The translations under genes were made by a program, and so were the position numbers. From an uncultured Eubacteriales bacterium (GTDB lineage Bacteria > Bacillota > Clostridia > Oscillospirales > Acutalibacteraceae), in assembly GCA_964424555.1 (NCBI GenBank), contig CAYRIX010000002.1, forward strand, positions 1 to 64,000: a DNA stretch of 64,000 nt, written 5' to 3'. Position 1 is the stretch's first letter. Each line of letters starts with the position of its first letter. The notes under the pieces are model-generated. The model did not search any database and was not told where the DNA came from. It saw only the letters and a list, made by a program, of their open reading frames with translations. Positions 8,896-18,370 of this stretch are shown here, in pieces.

Positions 8896-11800
8896 TTACT
8901 TTTTATACTCTGAAATCTTACGTGCGATCTCATTGTCAGCAACTTCGCCCCACTCAAGCATGGCGTCTTTTTCGTTGCTTTCGTTATTGAGAACTGCCCA
9001 GTAAGCCTGATCGACTGCACGAGATACGTAGTAGCCGCCCGGCAGTTCGGGAAGCTCCTCGACCTTAGACCACTGCTCAAGCAGTATCTGGAGGTCGTCA
9101 GCATTCCAGGAATATGAGCTGAATGCCTCTTTGTTGGCAGTTGCAGTACGGGATACAACACCAAGTATAGACTCAACGTTATTATTGTATCTGAGCTGAG
9201 TGTCAGCCGAAGTCCACCAACAGATGAACTCCCATGCGCCATCCTTGTTGGGTGAACGCTTAACAACACCGCATCCGGTTCCCGATCCTGCGATGGAGTT
9301 ATTGATTCCGGTCATTTCGCCGGCCTCATCATAGACGGGATTGCCGGGGATAGTTGTGATCTTCCAGCGTCCCTGAATTTCAGGAGCTGCCTGAGTAAGC
9401 TGAGTATATGTGGTATAGCTCGAGATTCCCAAGGGAGCGGTACCTGTACGGAAACGGTTGTAGAAGTCGATCTGCTTTTCAATACCGTACTTGGTATAGA
9501 AGTCAGTCCACTGAGTAAACGCTGCTATAGCGTCGCCGCCTGTGAGATTGGTCTTGTTACGGCCGTCATTATAAAGAGTAACATCATTCTGGGTCAGCAT
9601 GGTCGGGAACATATGCAAGCTACCCATACCCGCATTGACCGTAGTAGTGGATGCTATCTTGGTGTACGGCACATAAGCGTCCATGTTATTACGCTGAAGA
9701 ATTGTGGCGGCATCAAGGAACTCGGTCCATGTCCAACCCAATCCGTCGTTGGCGGTGGCGGGATCTTCAATTCCAAGATCCTCAAATATATCGGTACGGT
9801 AGTACATTATAAAGAAGCCCTGAGTATCGGGGAGAGCAAACAACTGCATATCGCCCGTACCGTCATCGTACCAATAAGGAGTGGATGCATGGTCGTTTAC
9901 AATGTCAACATAATCGCCATTCTCGTCATATTTACCTTGGAAGCGCTTAAGAACGGTCTTGTAGTCCAACAGATATGTGGAGCCGTCATCTACAGTGGAG
10001 TACTTTGGATCTACCTCTGCCGAGAAATTAGTTAGATCATACAAAGCACCACGCATACCGAGGTTAACAGGATCGGTGCGGCTCATATGGAGTCTTATAT
10101 CAGGGAAGTTACCTGCAAGAAGACCGTTGATAAGCGAAGCGTTAACTATTTCAAGCTCAACGCCGATACCTGTCTCATAGGTGAACGAGTCCTGAATGAG
10201 GTTGCTCAGAACCTGTGTCTGATCACGTCCCCAGTTAACCCATATACGGACCGAGCCTCTGGCATCGGCCGCAACAGAGCCACCGATAGAGGTGAAATCA
10301 TCGGTAAAGGAGGCGAAGAAACGCTTACAGCTAAAGGCGAATGACTTACCGAAGGATGAGGTATTGTCCTTAAAGCCCTTGGACGGAGATGCAAGCTGCA
10401 TCTGATCAACGCTCAAAGGCATCGTCTTCATTTCATACAGCCAAGAACATACAGTGGTGTAGTTGGAATAGAAGTCCGATACATAGTTCTGAGCAGTGTA
10501 CTGGTTATCGTACATCTCCTTGAGAACACGGGCCATATTGTTCAATGCTGCGATGTATTTGTTGCTTCGGTCACCCGAAAGAGCCTTCATGTCCGAAGAA
10601 AGCTTGTTAAGGTCTTCATAGCAGCCGAGCAAGGTCTCTTGGAAGTTCGGTATCTGTCTGAACAGATCATAGTCACGGTTCGGGTCGGGAGAGTCACTGG
10701 TGATCATGATGATATCAATATAGGTATCACCGATAACATCAACAATCTCCTCGAGTCTTGAATAGAACTCAGCAGTCTCACCGAGGGTGACGGTAAGAGC
10801 AAAGGTGTGCGTACCCTTGGTAAGATAGAACTTATAAGGCTCTACCTTTTCTTCGCTTACTGTCTCACCTATAGTTTTGAAGCTCCAATCGGTGCAGTAG
10901 TCAAATCTGAGGTTCTTGCACTCCTCGAACGGAATTACTCCGTCGATAGCCAATGAGCGGTATGTGAAGCCGTCGATAATGGCAGCCTGCTTATAATTGA
11001 TGCCAAAGGTATACAGACCATCAGCAGGGACCTCGACCATCCATGTAATGGTCTCGCCGGGGACCTGCCAGTTAGTGCTACCTATGTAGTTAAGAATAGA
11101 CTTAACGGGGCTGTTGGGAGTAATATCCGACGAGCTGTTGTCTGCCTTAGCAACAAGCGAGTTGGTTGACTTAAGCCAAGCATCCTCACCCTCAAATTCG
11201 ATAACCTCGCCCGAATAATCGGCTTTGCCGTTATTGGCAGCCGAATACTCGTCGTAAGTAACAACAGTCTCGGGAACCTTTAATATAATACTTGCAAGGG
11301 CAACGGGCTCGTATACAGATTCAACAGTGATGGTGTGTTTGCCTGCAGTAAGCAATACCTTGTAGGGGTCAGCAACGACACCGACAGGATCTACTGCATA
11401 CTGTGTGACAAACTGACCGTACTCAACCTGCTCGGGAGTAAGCTCATTTCCGATGGTATCAACACGAACATCACCTGCAGGCTTGTCAGCTGTGGAACCG
11501 CTGTTTACAAACATGCGGGGCAAAGACAATGCCTCAAGACCGGAATAAAGATATTTACCGTCGATCTTAATACCAAGCTCAACAGGGCTGGTGCTGCTCT
11601 TGTCGTCAGAGGTATCTGCAGTGCCGCCTGTCTTGGTAAGAGGAAGGTATGTAAAAGCAAGATTATAAATACCGTCCTCAGGAACCTCTACCTCATAGGT
11701 AACATAGCCCTGCTGCTGGAAAGTAAGATTATCCCTCCATGTAAGACAGGTCTTGCTCTCCTTCTTCTGAGATACAGCGTCCAACAGGACCTCATACTGC

Positions 11801-12093
11801 TCCTGTGACAAAACACTGACAGTACCGTCGGCACCCTCGTACTCATGCTCGGCCGCTTCTACATAGTTCAGCGGATCGATAACTATGTCTTCCTTGGCAT
11901 AGCTGCTTGAGGATATGGATTCGAGGTACTTGACATACTCGTCTGACACATCGCCGCCAGTAACTGTGTTCTCGGTTACGGGAGCATCACTGTTTTGTAC
12001 TTCCTCCGCCGAGGCAGGAAGCACAGCAAAAAGCGATACCATGAGCACGGTTACAAGAACAATGGCCAGCAATCGGATTTTACCAGAATTCAT
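8896..12093 (-). CDS. extracellular solute-binding protein (family 1, LplA-like) fused to an N-terminal extension of about 550 aa with tandem beta-sandwich repeats
   Basis: Start re-set to MNSGKIRLLAIVL (ATG with RBS GGTGAAGAA). Signal peptide. Two internal repeats (YEVEVPEDGIYNLAFTY and WMVEVPADGLYTFGINY). C-terminal ~500 aa is a clear family-1 SBP (FALPDTQGFFIMYYRTDIFEDLGI). Confidence 0.75.
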   Translation of the reverse strand: MNSGKIRLLAIVLVTVLMVSLFAVLPASAEEVQNSDAPVTENTVTGGDVSDEYVKYLESISSSSYAKEDIVIDPLNYVEAAEHEYEGADGTVSVLSQEQYEVLLDAVSQKKESKTCLTWRDNLTFQQQGYVTYEVEVPEDGIYNLAFTYLPLTKTGGTADTSDDKSSTSPVELGIKIDGKYLYSGLEALSLPRMFVNSGSTADKPAGDVRVDTIGNELTPEQVEYGQFVTQYAVDPVGVVADPYKVLLTAGKHTITVESVYEPVALASIILKVPETVVTYDEYSAANNGKADYSGEVIEFEGEDAWLKSTNSLVAKADNSSSDITPNSPVKSILNYIGSTNWQVPGETITWMVEVPADGLYTFGINYKQAAIIDGFTYRSLAIDGVIPFEECKNLRFDYCTDWSFKTIGETVSEEKVEPYKFYLTKGTHTFALTVTLGETAEFYSRLEEIVDVIGDTYIDIIMITSDSPDPNRDYDLFRQIPNFQETLLGCYEDLNKLSSDMKALSGDRSNKYIAALNNMARVLKEMYDNQYTAQNYVSDFYSNYTTVCSWLYEMKTMPLSVDQMQLASPSKGFKDNTSSFGKSFAFSCKRFFASFTDDFTSIGGSVAADARGSVRIWVNWGRDQTQVLSNLIQDSFTYETGIGVELEIVNASLINGLLAGNFPDIRLHMSRTDPVNLGMRGALYDLTNFSAEVDPKYSTVDDGSTYLLDYKTVLKRFQGKYDENGDYVDIVNDHASTPYWYDDGTGDMQLFALPDTQGFFIMYYRTDIFEDLGIEDPATANDGLGWTWTEFLDAATILQRNNMDAYVPYTKIASTTTVNAGMGSLHMFPTMLTQNDVTLYNDGRNKTNLTGGDAIAAFTQWTDFYTKYGIEKQIDFYNRFRTGTAPLGISSYTTYTQLTQAAPEIQGRWKITTIPGNPVYDEAGEMTGINNSIAGSGTGCGVVKRSPNKDGAWEFICWWTSADTQLRYNNNVESILGVVSRTATANKEAFSSYSWNADDLQILLEQWSKVEELPELPGGYYVSRAVDQAYWAVLNNESNEKDAMLEWGEVADNEIARKISEYKK

Positions 12094-12192
12094 TTCTTCA
12101 CCTTCAAAAAAGAGATTTAAACAATGCCCCTTGCAAGAGCAACAAAGCGAATTTGCAGACAAATATCCACTTTGCATAATGTTCTACGTAGT

Positions 12193-12221
12193 ATTATCTA
12201 ACAAATCGGTCATTTTGTCAA
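12193..12221 (-). promoter_or_regulatory. sigma-A-type promoter for the ABC operon (TTGACA-17-GATAAT)
   Basis: Minus-strand reading TTGACAaaatgaccgatttgttaGATAAT, about 95 nt upstream of the 12093 ATG. Confidence 0.4.
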
Positions 12222-12498
12222 TAACAATTTAGCAAAAATATACGAAATTCGGCAAAAAATTTTTATTTTTTATACCAACACTTATATGCAATTTTCCTTA
12301 TTTAGGTTTCGAGAAGACCTTTTCGTTGTCATATTGCACAAATTTTATCGCCACCTCCCACATGATATTCGAGTCCCCAATCGCTATCTACGGTACATTG
12401 TTACGCTTTAAGCGACATATTATCTAACATGTCCGACTCTTTTAAATAATATATATTGCAAAATGGCCGATTGAATGTTGATTTTGACCAATATGCAC

Positions 12499-12527
12499 AA
12501 AAAATCCGAGCTGTTTTACAGCTCGGA
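12499..12527 (-). terminator. intrinsic terminator of eno
   Basis: 9-bp stem TCCGAGCTG/CAGCTCGGA overlaps the eno stop codon and is followed on the minus strand by UUUUUU. Confidence 0.5.
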
Positions 12528-13736
12528 CTCAATTTTCAGCAGTCGATTGTATTTTGAAGTGCGGTCGGTACGGCAGGGAGCTCCCGACTTTATATATTCT
12601 GCACCCACGCCCACCGCAAGGTCGGCAATGAAGGTATCCTCGGTCTCGCCCGAGCGGTGTGAGATAACGGCGGTATAGCCCGCCTGCTTGGCAATTTCAA
12701 TGACCTCAAGCGTTTCGGACAGCGTGCCTATCTGGTTAAGCTTAACCAGAACGGCGTTGGCTATTCCCTGCTCTATCCCGCTTTTCAGACGCTCGGGGTT
12801 GGTCACAAACAGATCATCTCCCACAAGCATTGCCCTGCCTGACAGCTTTTGGGTCATGGTCTTCCAGCCCGAGTAATCCTCCTCGCTCAAGCCGTCTTCT
12901 ACCGAGATAATAGGATAATCACGGATAAGCCCCGATATCTTCTCGGTCAGACTTTGTGATGTCAGCGTTTCGCCGCACTTCGGCAAGCGGTATTCCCCAT
13001 CCCTATACCATTCGCTCGAGGCAACATCAAGAGCGATCTTAACGTCATCGGTTGAATATCCTGCGGTGCTGATACCCTTGATTATATACTCTATGACCTC
13101 ACGGTCATCACGGAGATCGGGTGAGAAGCCGCCCTCGTCTCCGACACCCGTAGATTTCCCCGCCGCCTTGAGTACGGTGCCTAACGCATGGTATACCTCA
13201 GCGCCTGCTCTGAGCTTTTCTGAAAAGCTTCCTTTGGTCGGCACTATCATGAATTCCTGAATATCGATATTATTGGCTGCGTGCGCTCCGCCGTTAAGAA
13301 TGTTCATCATCGGAGTAGGGAGTCTTAGCCCGCTTATTCCACCCAGATAGCGGTATAAGGGCACTCGGTAGTGACGTGCCGAGGCACGTGCCACAGCCAT
13401 TGATACGGCCAACATGGCATTAGCACCCAAATGGCTTTTGTTGGGTGTTCCGTCGAGCTTTATCAACTCACGGTCTATCTGTTTTTGATTAAGAGTGCCT
13501 ATCTCACGCAGGCGGGGTGCAATAACCGTGTTTATGTTGTTGACCGCCTTGCTTACACCCTTTCCGCAATATCTCTCACCGCCGTCACGCAGCTCATGTG
13601 CCTCGAATTTTCCCGTGGAAGCACCCGACGGAGCTATAGCCACCGCACGACAGCCGTCGCTGAGCATTACCTCTGCCGCAACTGTCGGATTACCTCTTGA
13701 ATCCAATACCTCAAGACCCTTGACCTCGATTATCAC
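12516..13736 (-). CDS. eno: enolase (phosphopyruvate hydratase)
   Basis: N-terminus MIIEVKGLEVLDSRGNPTV and conserved enolase core (SHRSGETEDTFIADLAV). Confidence 0.95.
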   Translation of the reverse strand: MIIEVKGLEVLDSRGNPTVAAEVMLSDGCRAVAIAPSGASTGKFEAHELRDGGERYCGKGVSKAVNNINTVIAPRLREIGTLNQKQIDRELIKLDGTPNKSHLGANAMLAVSMAVARASARHYRVPLYRYLGGISGLRLPTPMMNILNGGAHAANNIDIQEFMIVPTKGSFSEKLRAGAEVYHALGTVLKAAGKSTGVGDEGGFSPDLRDDREVIEYIIKGISTAGYSTDDVKIALDVASSEWYRDGEYRLPKCGETLTSQSLTEKISGLIRDYPIISVEDGLSEEDYSGWKTMTQKLSGRAMLVGDDLFVTNPERLKSGIEQGIANAVLVKLNQIGTLSETLEVIEIAKQAGYTAVISHRSGETEDTFIADLAVGVGAEYIKSGAPCRTDRTSKYNRLLKIESEL

Positions 13737-13935
13737 AAAATCATCCTTTCTGTCGCTGCTTAAAACCTATCTTTGAGCATATTTTTGACAGCAATGCGGT
13801 ATTTTATTAAAATTTAGGACTATTTATTCTGCAAAATCTGTAAAAGCTTAAAATTCGTTGACTTTTTAATGTAAAAGATTTATTATATATATTATAATAA
13901 TTACAGGATGTCAAAAACCAAACTGGAGGTTTTGT

Positions 13936-14661
13936 ATGAGCTACGGTCAATACCTGATAGCTGGTCTCAAGGTCGAGATGGAGGTAAACGGAGAAATGCT
14001 TCGTTCACGAAGCGAGAAATACCGTACCGAATTCGACGGAGAGCCTGATATGGTCATCGTTCCGTCAAGAGAAAATCTTGATCGCATGCAGAGTGATTAT
14101 CCGAGGCTGTCACCCGACGCCGTGGAGTACCTCGGTACAGGCTGTATGTTTTATTACAGATTGCTCAGGTTTGATGGCTTCCTGCTTCACTCCTCGACCA
14201 TAAGCTACAACGGTAAAGCGTACATATTCACGGCCGACAGCGGTACGGGTAAGTCGACCCACACTTCACTCTGGCGTCAATATCTTGACGGTGTTGTTAT
14301 GATAAACGACGACAAGCCTGCCATCAAGCTCATTGACGGACAGTTTCAGGCCATTGGAACACCGTGGAGCGGAAAGACCGACCAGAATGCCGATATCTCG
14401 GTGCCTGTTGGCGGTGTTGTATTGCTCCACCGTGGCAGTGTAAACACCATCCGCCCTGCAACAACGCTCGAAGCAATACCCTTTCTGATGCGTCAGACAC
14501 AGGTGCCCTCTAAGCCCGAAACCGTTGATATGCTGACCAACCTGTTGGACAAGTTCCTGCGCCAGACCCCGATATATGTGCTGGAATGTGATATGAGTGA
14601 GGATGCCGTTAAAACGTCCTTTGAAGCTTTAACGGGAACAAAATACGAAAAAAGGAAATAA
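13936..14661 (+). CDS. HPr-kinase C-terminal-domain-like P-loop protein (standalone, hypothetical)
   Basis: RBS GGAGG. Mid-protein Walker A FTADSGTGKSTHTSLW followed by INDDKPAIKLIDGQFQAIGTPW. Motif order matches the HprK-C/PEPCK-like kinase fold. Confidence 0.6.
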   Translation: MSYGQYLIAGLKVEMEVNGEMLRSRSEKYRTEFDGEPDMVIVPSRENLDRMQSDYPRLSPDAVEYLGTGCMFYYRLLRFDGFLLHSSTISYNGKAYIFTADSGTGKSTHTSLWRQYLDGVVMINDDKPAIKLIDGQFQAIGTPWSGKTDQNADISVPVGGVVLLHRGSVNTIRPATTLEAIPFLMRQTQVPSKPETVDMLTNLLDKFLRQTPIYVLECDMSEDAVKTSFEALTGTKYEKRK

Positions 14662-14663
14662 TT

Positions 14664-15464
14664 ATGTCCGAATTTGAATTTAAAGAAGAAAATACCGAAG
14701 GGTCGGGAGATGCCCGATTTACCGATGTTATCGTCGGTCGAAACCCTGTTGCCGAGGCACTGCGCTCAGGCCGTGAGATAGATAAGCTGCTTATTGCCCA
14801 CGGTTCTATGAACGGTTCGGTAAGAGCATTGGTGGCAAAGTGCCGTGAAAAAGGCATTCCTGTCAAGGAGGTCGCTCCTCAAAAGCTTGATTTTATGAGC
14901 GGCGGAGCGTCACATCAAGGCGTAGCGTTGGTCGTTGCCTCTCATAAATACTGTGAAGTAAGCGATATATTGGAGCATGCTGCCGAAAAAGGAGAGGCTC
15001 CGTTTATTATAATCTGCGACGGAATAGAGGATCCTCACAATCTCGGCGCTATAATCCGTACTGCAGAGGCCTGCTCGGTTCACGGTATAATTATCCCGAA
15101 GCGTCGCAGTGCTTCCTTGAATGCCGTTGTTGCCAAAGCATCGGCCGGTGCCTTGGAGTATATGCATGTTGCACGTGTAACTAACATCACCTCATGCATT
15201 GAAGAACTTAAGGAGAAAGGTCTTTGGATCTATGCCGCCGACATGGACGGTCAGCCTTGGTGCTCGGTTGATTACAGAGGAGCCTGTGCGTTTGTTATAG
15301 GCTCGGAGGGCAGAGGAGTCAGTGCTCTTGTAAAAAAGAGCTGTGATGTCACTGTCGCAATGCCTATGATGGGCAAGATCAATTCTCTCAACGCTTCGGT
15401 AGCTGCCGGAGTGCTGATGTATGAAGCCGCAAGGCAAAAGCAAGGAATCAAGGCTAATAACTAA
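14664..15464 (+). CDS. rlmB: 23S rRNA (guanosine-2'-O)-methyltransferase RlmB (SpoU/TrmH family)
   Basis: RNPVAEALRSGREIDKLLIA N-terminal domain. SPOUT motifs DPHNLGAIIRTAEA and VIGSEGRGVS. Confidence 0.85.
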   Translation: MSEFEFKEENTEGSGDARFTDVIVGRNPVAEALRSGREIDKLLIAHGSMNGSVRALVAKCREKGIPVKEVAPQKLDFMSGGASHQGVALVVASHKYCEVSDILEHAAEKGEAPFIIICDGIEDPHNLGAIIRTAEACSVHGIIIPKRRSASLNAVVAKASAGALEYMHVARVTNITSCIEELKEKGLWIYAADMDGQPWCSVDYRGACAFVIGSEGRGVSALVKKSCDVTVAMPMMGKINSLNASVAAGVLMYEAARQKQGIKANN

Positions 15465-15484
15465 GCAATAATGGAGTTGATAAT

Positions 15485-18370
15485 ATGGGAATTTTCGGAA
15501 AGAAAAAGGCTGATGAGTTTGAAAGCTTACATAACGACAACCTTTTTAACGATGATGATGATATCATAATACCTGCAGGGAAAGGCAGGGTCGGTACTCA
15601 CCGTATAGGTCAGAACAGTGCTTATGCGCCTCATGCTTTGACCGCCAACGAGGTAACTAACAGCCGCACCGAGGACATACCGATGACCTCTCATCCTCAG
15701 CCTGATTCGGTATACAAGCGTATGAAGGAGCGTGAGCAGCAAAACGTTGCCACGGCCATAGAAGATGATTATGTTCCGTCTTGGGCAACCGCATCTGCCT
15801 CGCCTGCGGCCGTTACAGCCCAAGCTGTAATGTCAAGCTCTACCCCCATTGCCGAAGCCACTCCAAAGCAGACGCACACCGAACCTGCGGTTGAAAAGAC
15901 ACCTGCTCACTCGGCTTCGACCGATGCTTTTCTTGAGCGCTGCAGAATAGCTGTTGAGAAGGCCACTCAGGAAGAGAGTGCTCCCTCATCGGTAAGACAT
16001 ACCGAAATCAAACCGAAGGCAGAGGATTCTGCGCCTATTAAAGCTCCCGAGTCTGAGGAGTCAAAGCCTCAGAAACCCACTAAGCCCGAAACACGCTCGG
16101 TCGACGATATAATCCGAATGCTCAGAGGCGAGTCAAGCGACGGACGCAATGAAAAACCGTCCTCCGACGGTGTTGTTGCCGCCGCCTTGGATAATTCTGC
16201 AACTGACGAAGCTTCTACCGCGCCCGTTGTAGACAAACCCCAAGAACAGCCTACAGCCGTTGTCGGACAATCCGTTGCACCTGAAGTCGCCGAAACGGTT
16301 GAGCAACAAGACGGTGAACTTAAGGTTGAGGTTGAAGTTATACCGACCGATTCTGACTCGGATATAATGCATACCACCGGTGGCCGCCATATGGGCGATG
16401 AGGACGTACGTATATACGGCAAAATCGTTCGGGGAGCTGTAATTCAACACACCCCCGAGGGAGACGTTGAAGCATCAGATTTTGTGCGTGCGCCAAAGAT
16501 CTCGCAGGACACTATTGTGGCCGATGACAAAACTGTCATGTTCGGCGACCTTGGCGATATGATTTCACAAAGAGCCGATGCTGACCTTAACTCGGATCAG
16601 CTTTACGACCAAGACGACGATTTTGATGATGATGAATATTTTGAGGATCGCCCGTATTACGAAACCACCGATCCTAAGCTTGACGGTATTGATGATTACA
16701 AGGATCTTAACGATGCCGCACGCTTGCGTACAAAATTAATGACCGAAAAGTCAAAAAACAAAACGGTCATGCTGTTTACAATGGCCACCACGGTAATAAT
16801 GCTGGCCATTGCGTTGTTGCCGTCGGGATTTTTACCCAATGTAACGGTCGCCGTTATCAATTTCATCTTGCTCTTTGCGGCAACCGTCATGAACTATGAT
16901 ATATTCAGCGACTTTAAAAATCTTGCCAATATGCGTCCGAAGTTTGATTCGTGTGTTGCGGTTGCCTCTTGTGTAGCCTTGTTGCACGGCGGTATCTCTG
17001 CCTTTTTTATGAACGGTGAAAGCATGGGCTTTGCCGCCGCTGTTGCAGTACTGCTGTTCTGCAACCGTATCTCACGTTTCATGAGCTCCTCACGTATTCT
17101 GAGGGGACTTGAGCTTATTGCCAACTCTGAGGAGAAGCGTGCAATAGTTTCGGTCGGCGGTAACAACGCCAAGGTTATTTCCTCGGGTGCTATCGACGGT
17201 GAGTCTCTTGTTCTTTGCGACCGCAAAGCAGTAAATGTCAAGGATTATCTTAAAAACTGCGGCTACGACAGTCCCATTGACCGAAAGATCAAGGTACTGC
17301 TCATTGCTTCGTCGGCTATAGCATTGGTGATCGGTATAATTTCAGGATATTTCAACGGTGTTCCGGCAGGCTTGTCGGCCGCATCGTTGGTGCTTTGCTG
17401 CTTGTTCCCTGCCTCTGCCGCATTCGTATGTGAACTGCCTATGTACATCGCCTCTAAAAAGGCCGATAAATACGGTGCAATGCTTGCAGGCTACAAGGGT
17501 GCTTACGAGCTTAATCTTGCTAACCTTGTTGCCGTAAGCTCGACCGACCTTTTCCCCGAGGGCTCGGTAAAGCTTTACAACATGAAAACGCTCGGAGAAA
17601 ACGAGATAGGAAAAACCCTGATCGATGCCGCCGCAGTAGCCATTGCTGCCAACAGTCCTTTAAGTGCTATCTTCACCGAGATACTCGGCAACACCGAGGG
17701 CAATACACTCCCCAAGGTCAACGGTGTCCAATACGAGGATAAGATGGGTATATCGGGTTGGATCGGCGAACGAACCATTCTTATCGGTAACCGCAACCTT
17801 ATGCAGGGACACAACATATCGGTGCCGTCCGCATCGGTCGACCAGAAGATACTAAAAGCAGGCTACTTCCCCGTTTATATTGCTGTTGACGGAGTACCCT
17901 GTCTGCTGTTTGTTGTGCAATATGAAACCGACCCTGAGGTCACACGTGAGCTGCAGGTGCTCTGCAACACAGGTATGACCGTCGTTGTAGACCCCAAAGA
18001 CCCTAATACAACCGAGGCTATGATATGCGACTACTTCGGATTGCCTAACGATGCCTTAAAGGTCATGAACCATAACGGAAGAGTAAGCTATGAGCGCACT
18101 GCCGCACCGACCGAGTCGGCCTCGGCTCCTGCCGCTTTCGGTAAAAATGTTTGCGGTTTCTTCTCATGCGTCACCTCTGCCATACGCTTGGGAGGAATAT
18201 ACTCGCTTCTTACCGCTCTGTTCGTCATTGCCGCCGTGCTGGGCATAGTCTTGGTTGCATATCTTGGAATTTCAGGTAAGACCTCGCTTATCAATCCGTT
18301 GACCCTCACAGGCTTCCAGCTTTTGTTTGCGGCAATATCTGCAATCATTTCTAAGATTAAGCTATCATGA
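15485..18370 (+). CDS. degenerate (catalytically dead) P-type ATPase-like membrane protein with an acidic disordered N-terminus of about 400 aa
   Basis: P-type topology: two TM, an A-domain-like segment (IDGESLVLCD), two TM, and a P/N-domain segment alignable to heavy-metal ATPases (IAVDGVPCLLFVVQYETDPEV...TTEAMI). DKTGT is replaced by SSTDL. TGDN and GDGxND are absent. C-terminal TM segments are present. Confidence 0.7.
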   Translation: MGIFGKKKADEFESLHNDNLFNDDDDIIIPAGKGRVGTHRIGQNSAYAPHALTANEVTNSRTEDIPMTSHPQPDSVYKRMKEREQQNVATAIEDDYVPSWATASASPAAVTAQAVMSSSTPIAEATPKQTHTEPAVEKTPAHSASTDAFLERCRIAVEKATQEESAPSSVRHTEIKPKAEDSAPIKAPESEESKPQKPTKPETRSVDDIIRMLRGESSDGRNEKPSSDGVVAAALDNSATDEASTAPVVDKPQEQPTAVVGQSVAPEVAETVEQQDGELKVEVEVIPTDSDSDIMHTTGGRHMGDEDVRIYGKIVRGAVIQHTPEGDVEASDFVRAPKISQDTIVADDKTVMFGDLGDMISQRADADLNSDQLYDQDDDFDDDEYFEDRPYYETTDPKLDGIDDYKDLNDAARLRTKLMTEKSKNKTVMLFTMATTVIMLAIALLPSGFLPNVTVAVINFILLFAATVMNYDIFSDFKNLANMRPKFDSCVAVASCVALLHGGISAFFMNGESMGFAAAVAVLLFCNRISRFMSSSRILRGLELIANSEEKRAIVSVGGNNAKVISSGAIDGESLVLCDRKAVNVKDYLKNCGYDSPIDRKIKVLLIASSAIALVIGIISGYFNGVPAGLSAASLVLCCLFPASAAFVCELPMYIASKKADKYGAMLAGYKGAYELNLANLVAVSSTDLFPEGSVKLYNMKTLGENEIGKTLIDAAAVAIAANSPLSAIFTEILGNTEGNTLPKVNGVQYEDKMGISGWIGERTILIGNRNLMQGHNISVPSASVDQKILKAGYFPVYIAVDGVPCLLFVVQYETDPEVTRELQVLCNTGMTVVVDPKDPNTTEAMICDYFGLPNDALKVMNHNGRVSYERTAAPTESASAPAAFGKNVCGFFSCVTSAIRLGGIYSLLTALFVIAAVLGIVLVAYLGISGKTSLINPLTLTGFQLLFAAISAIISKIKLS

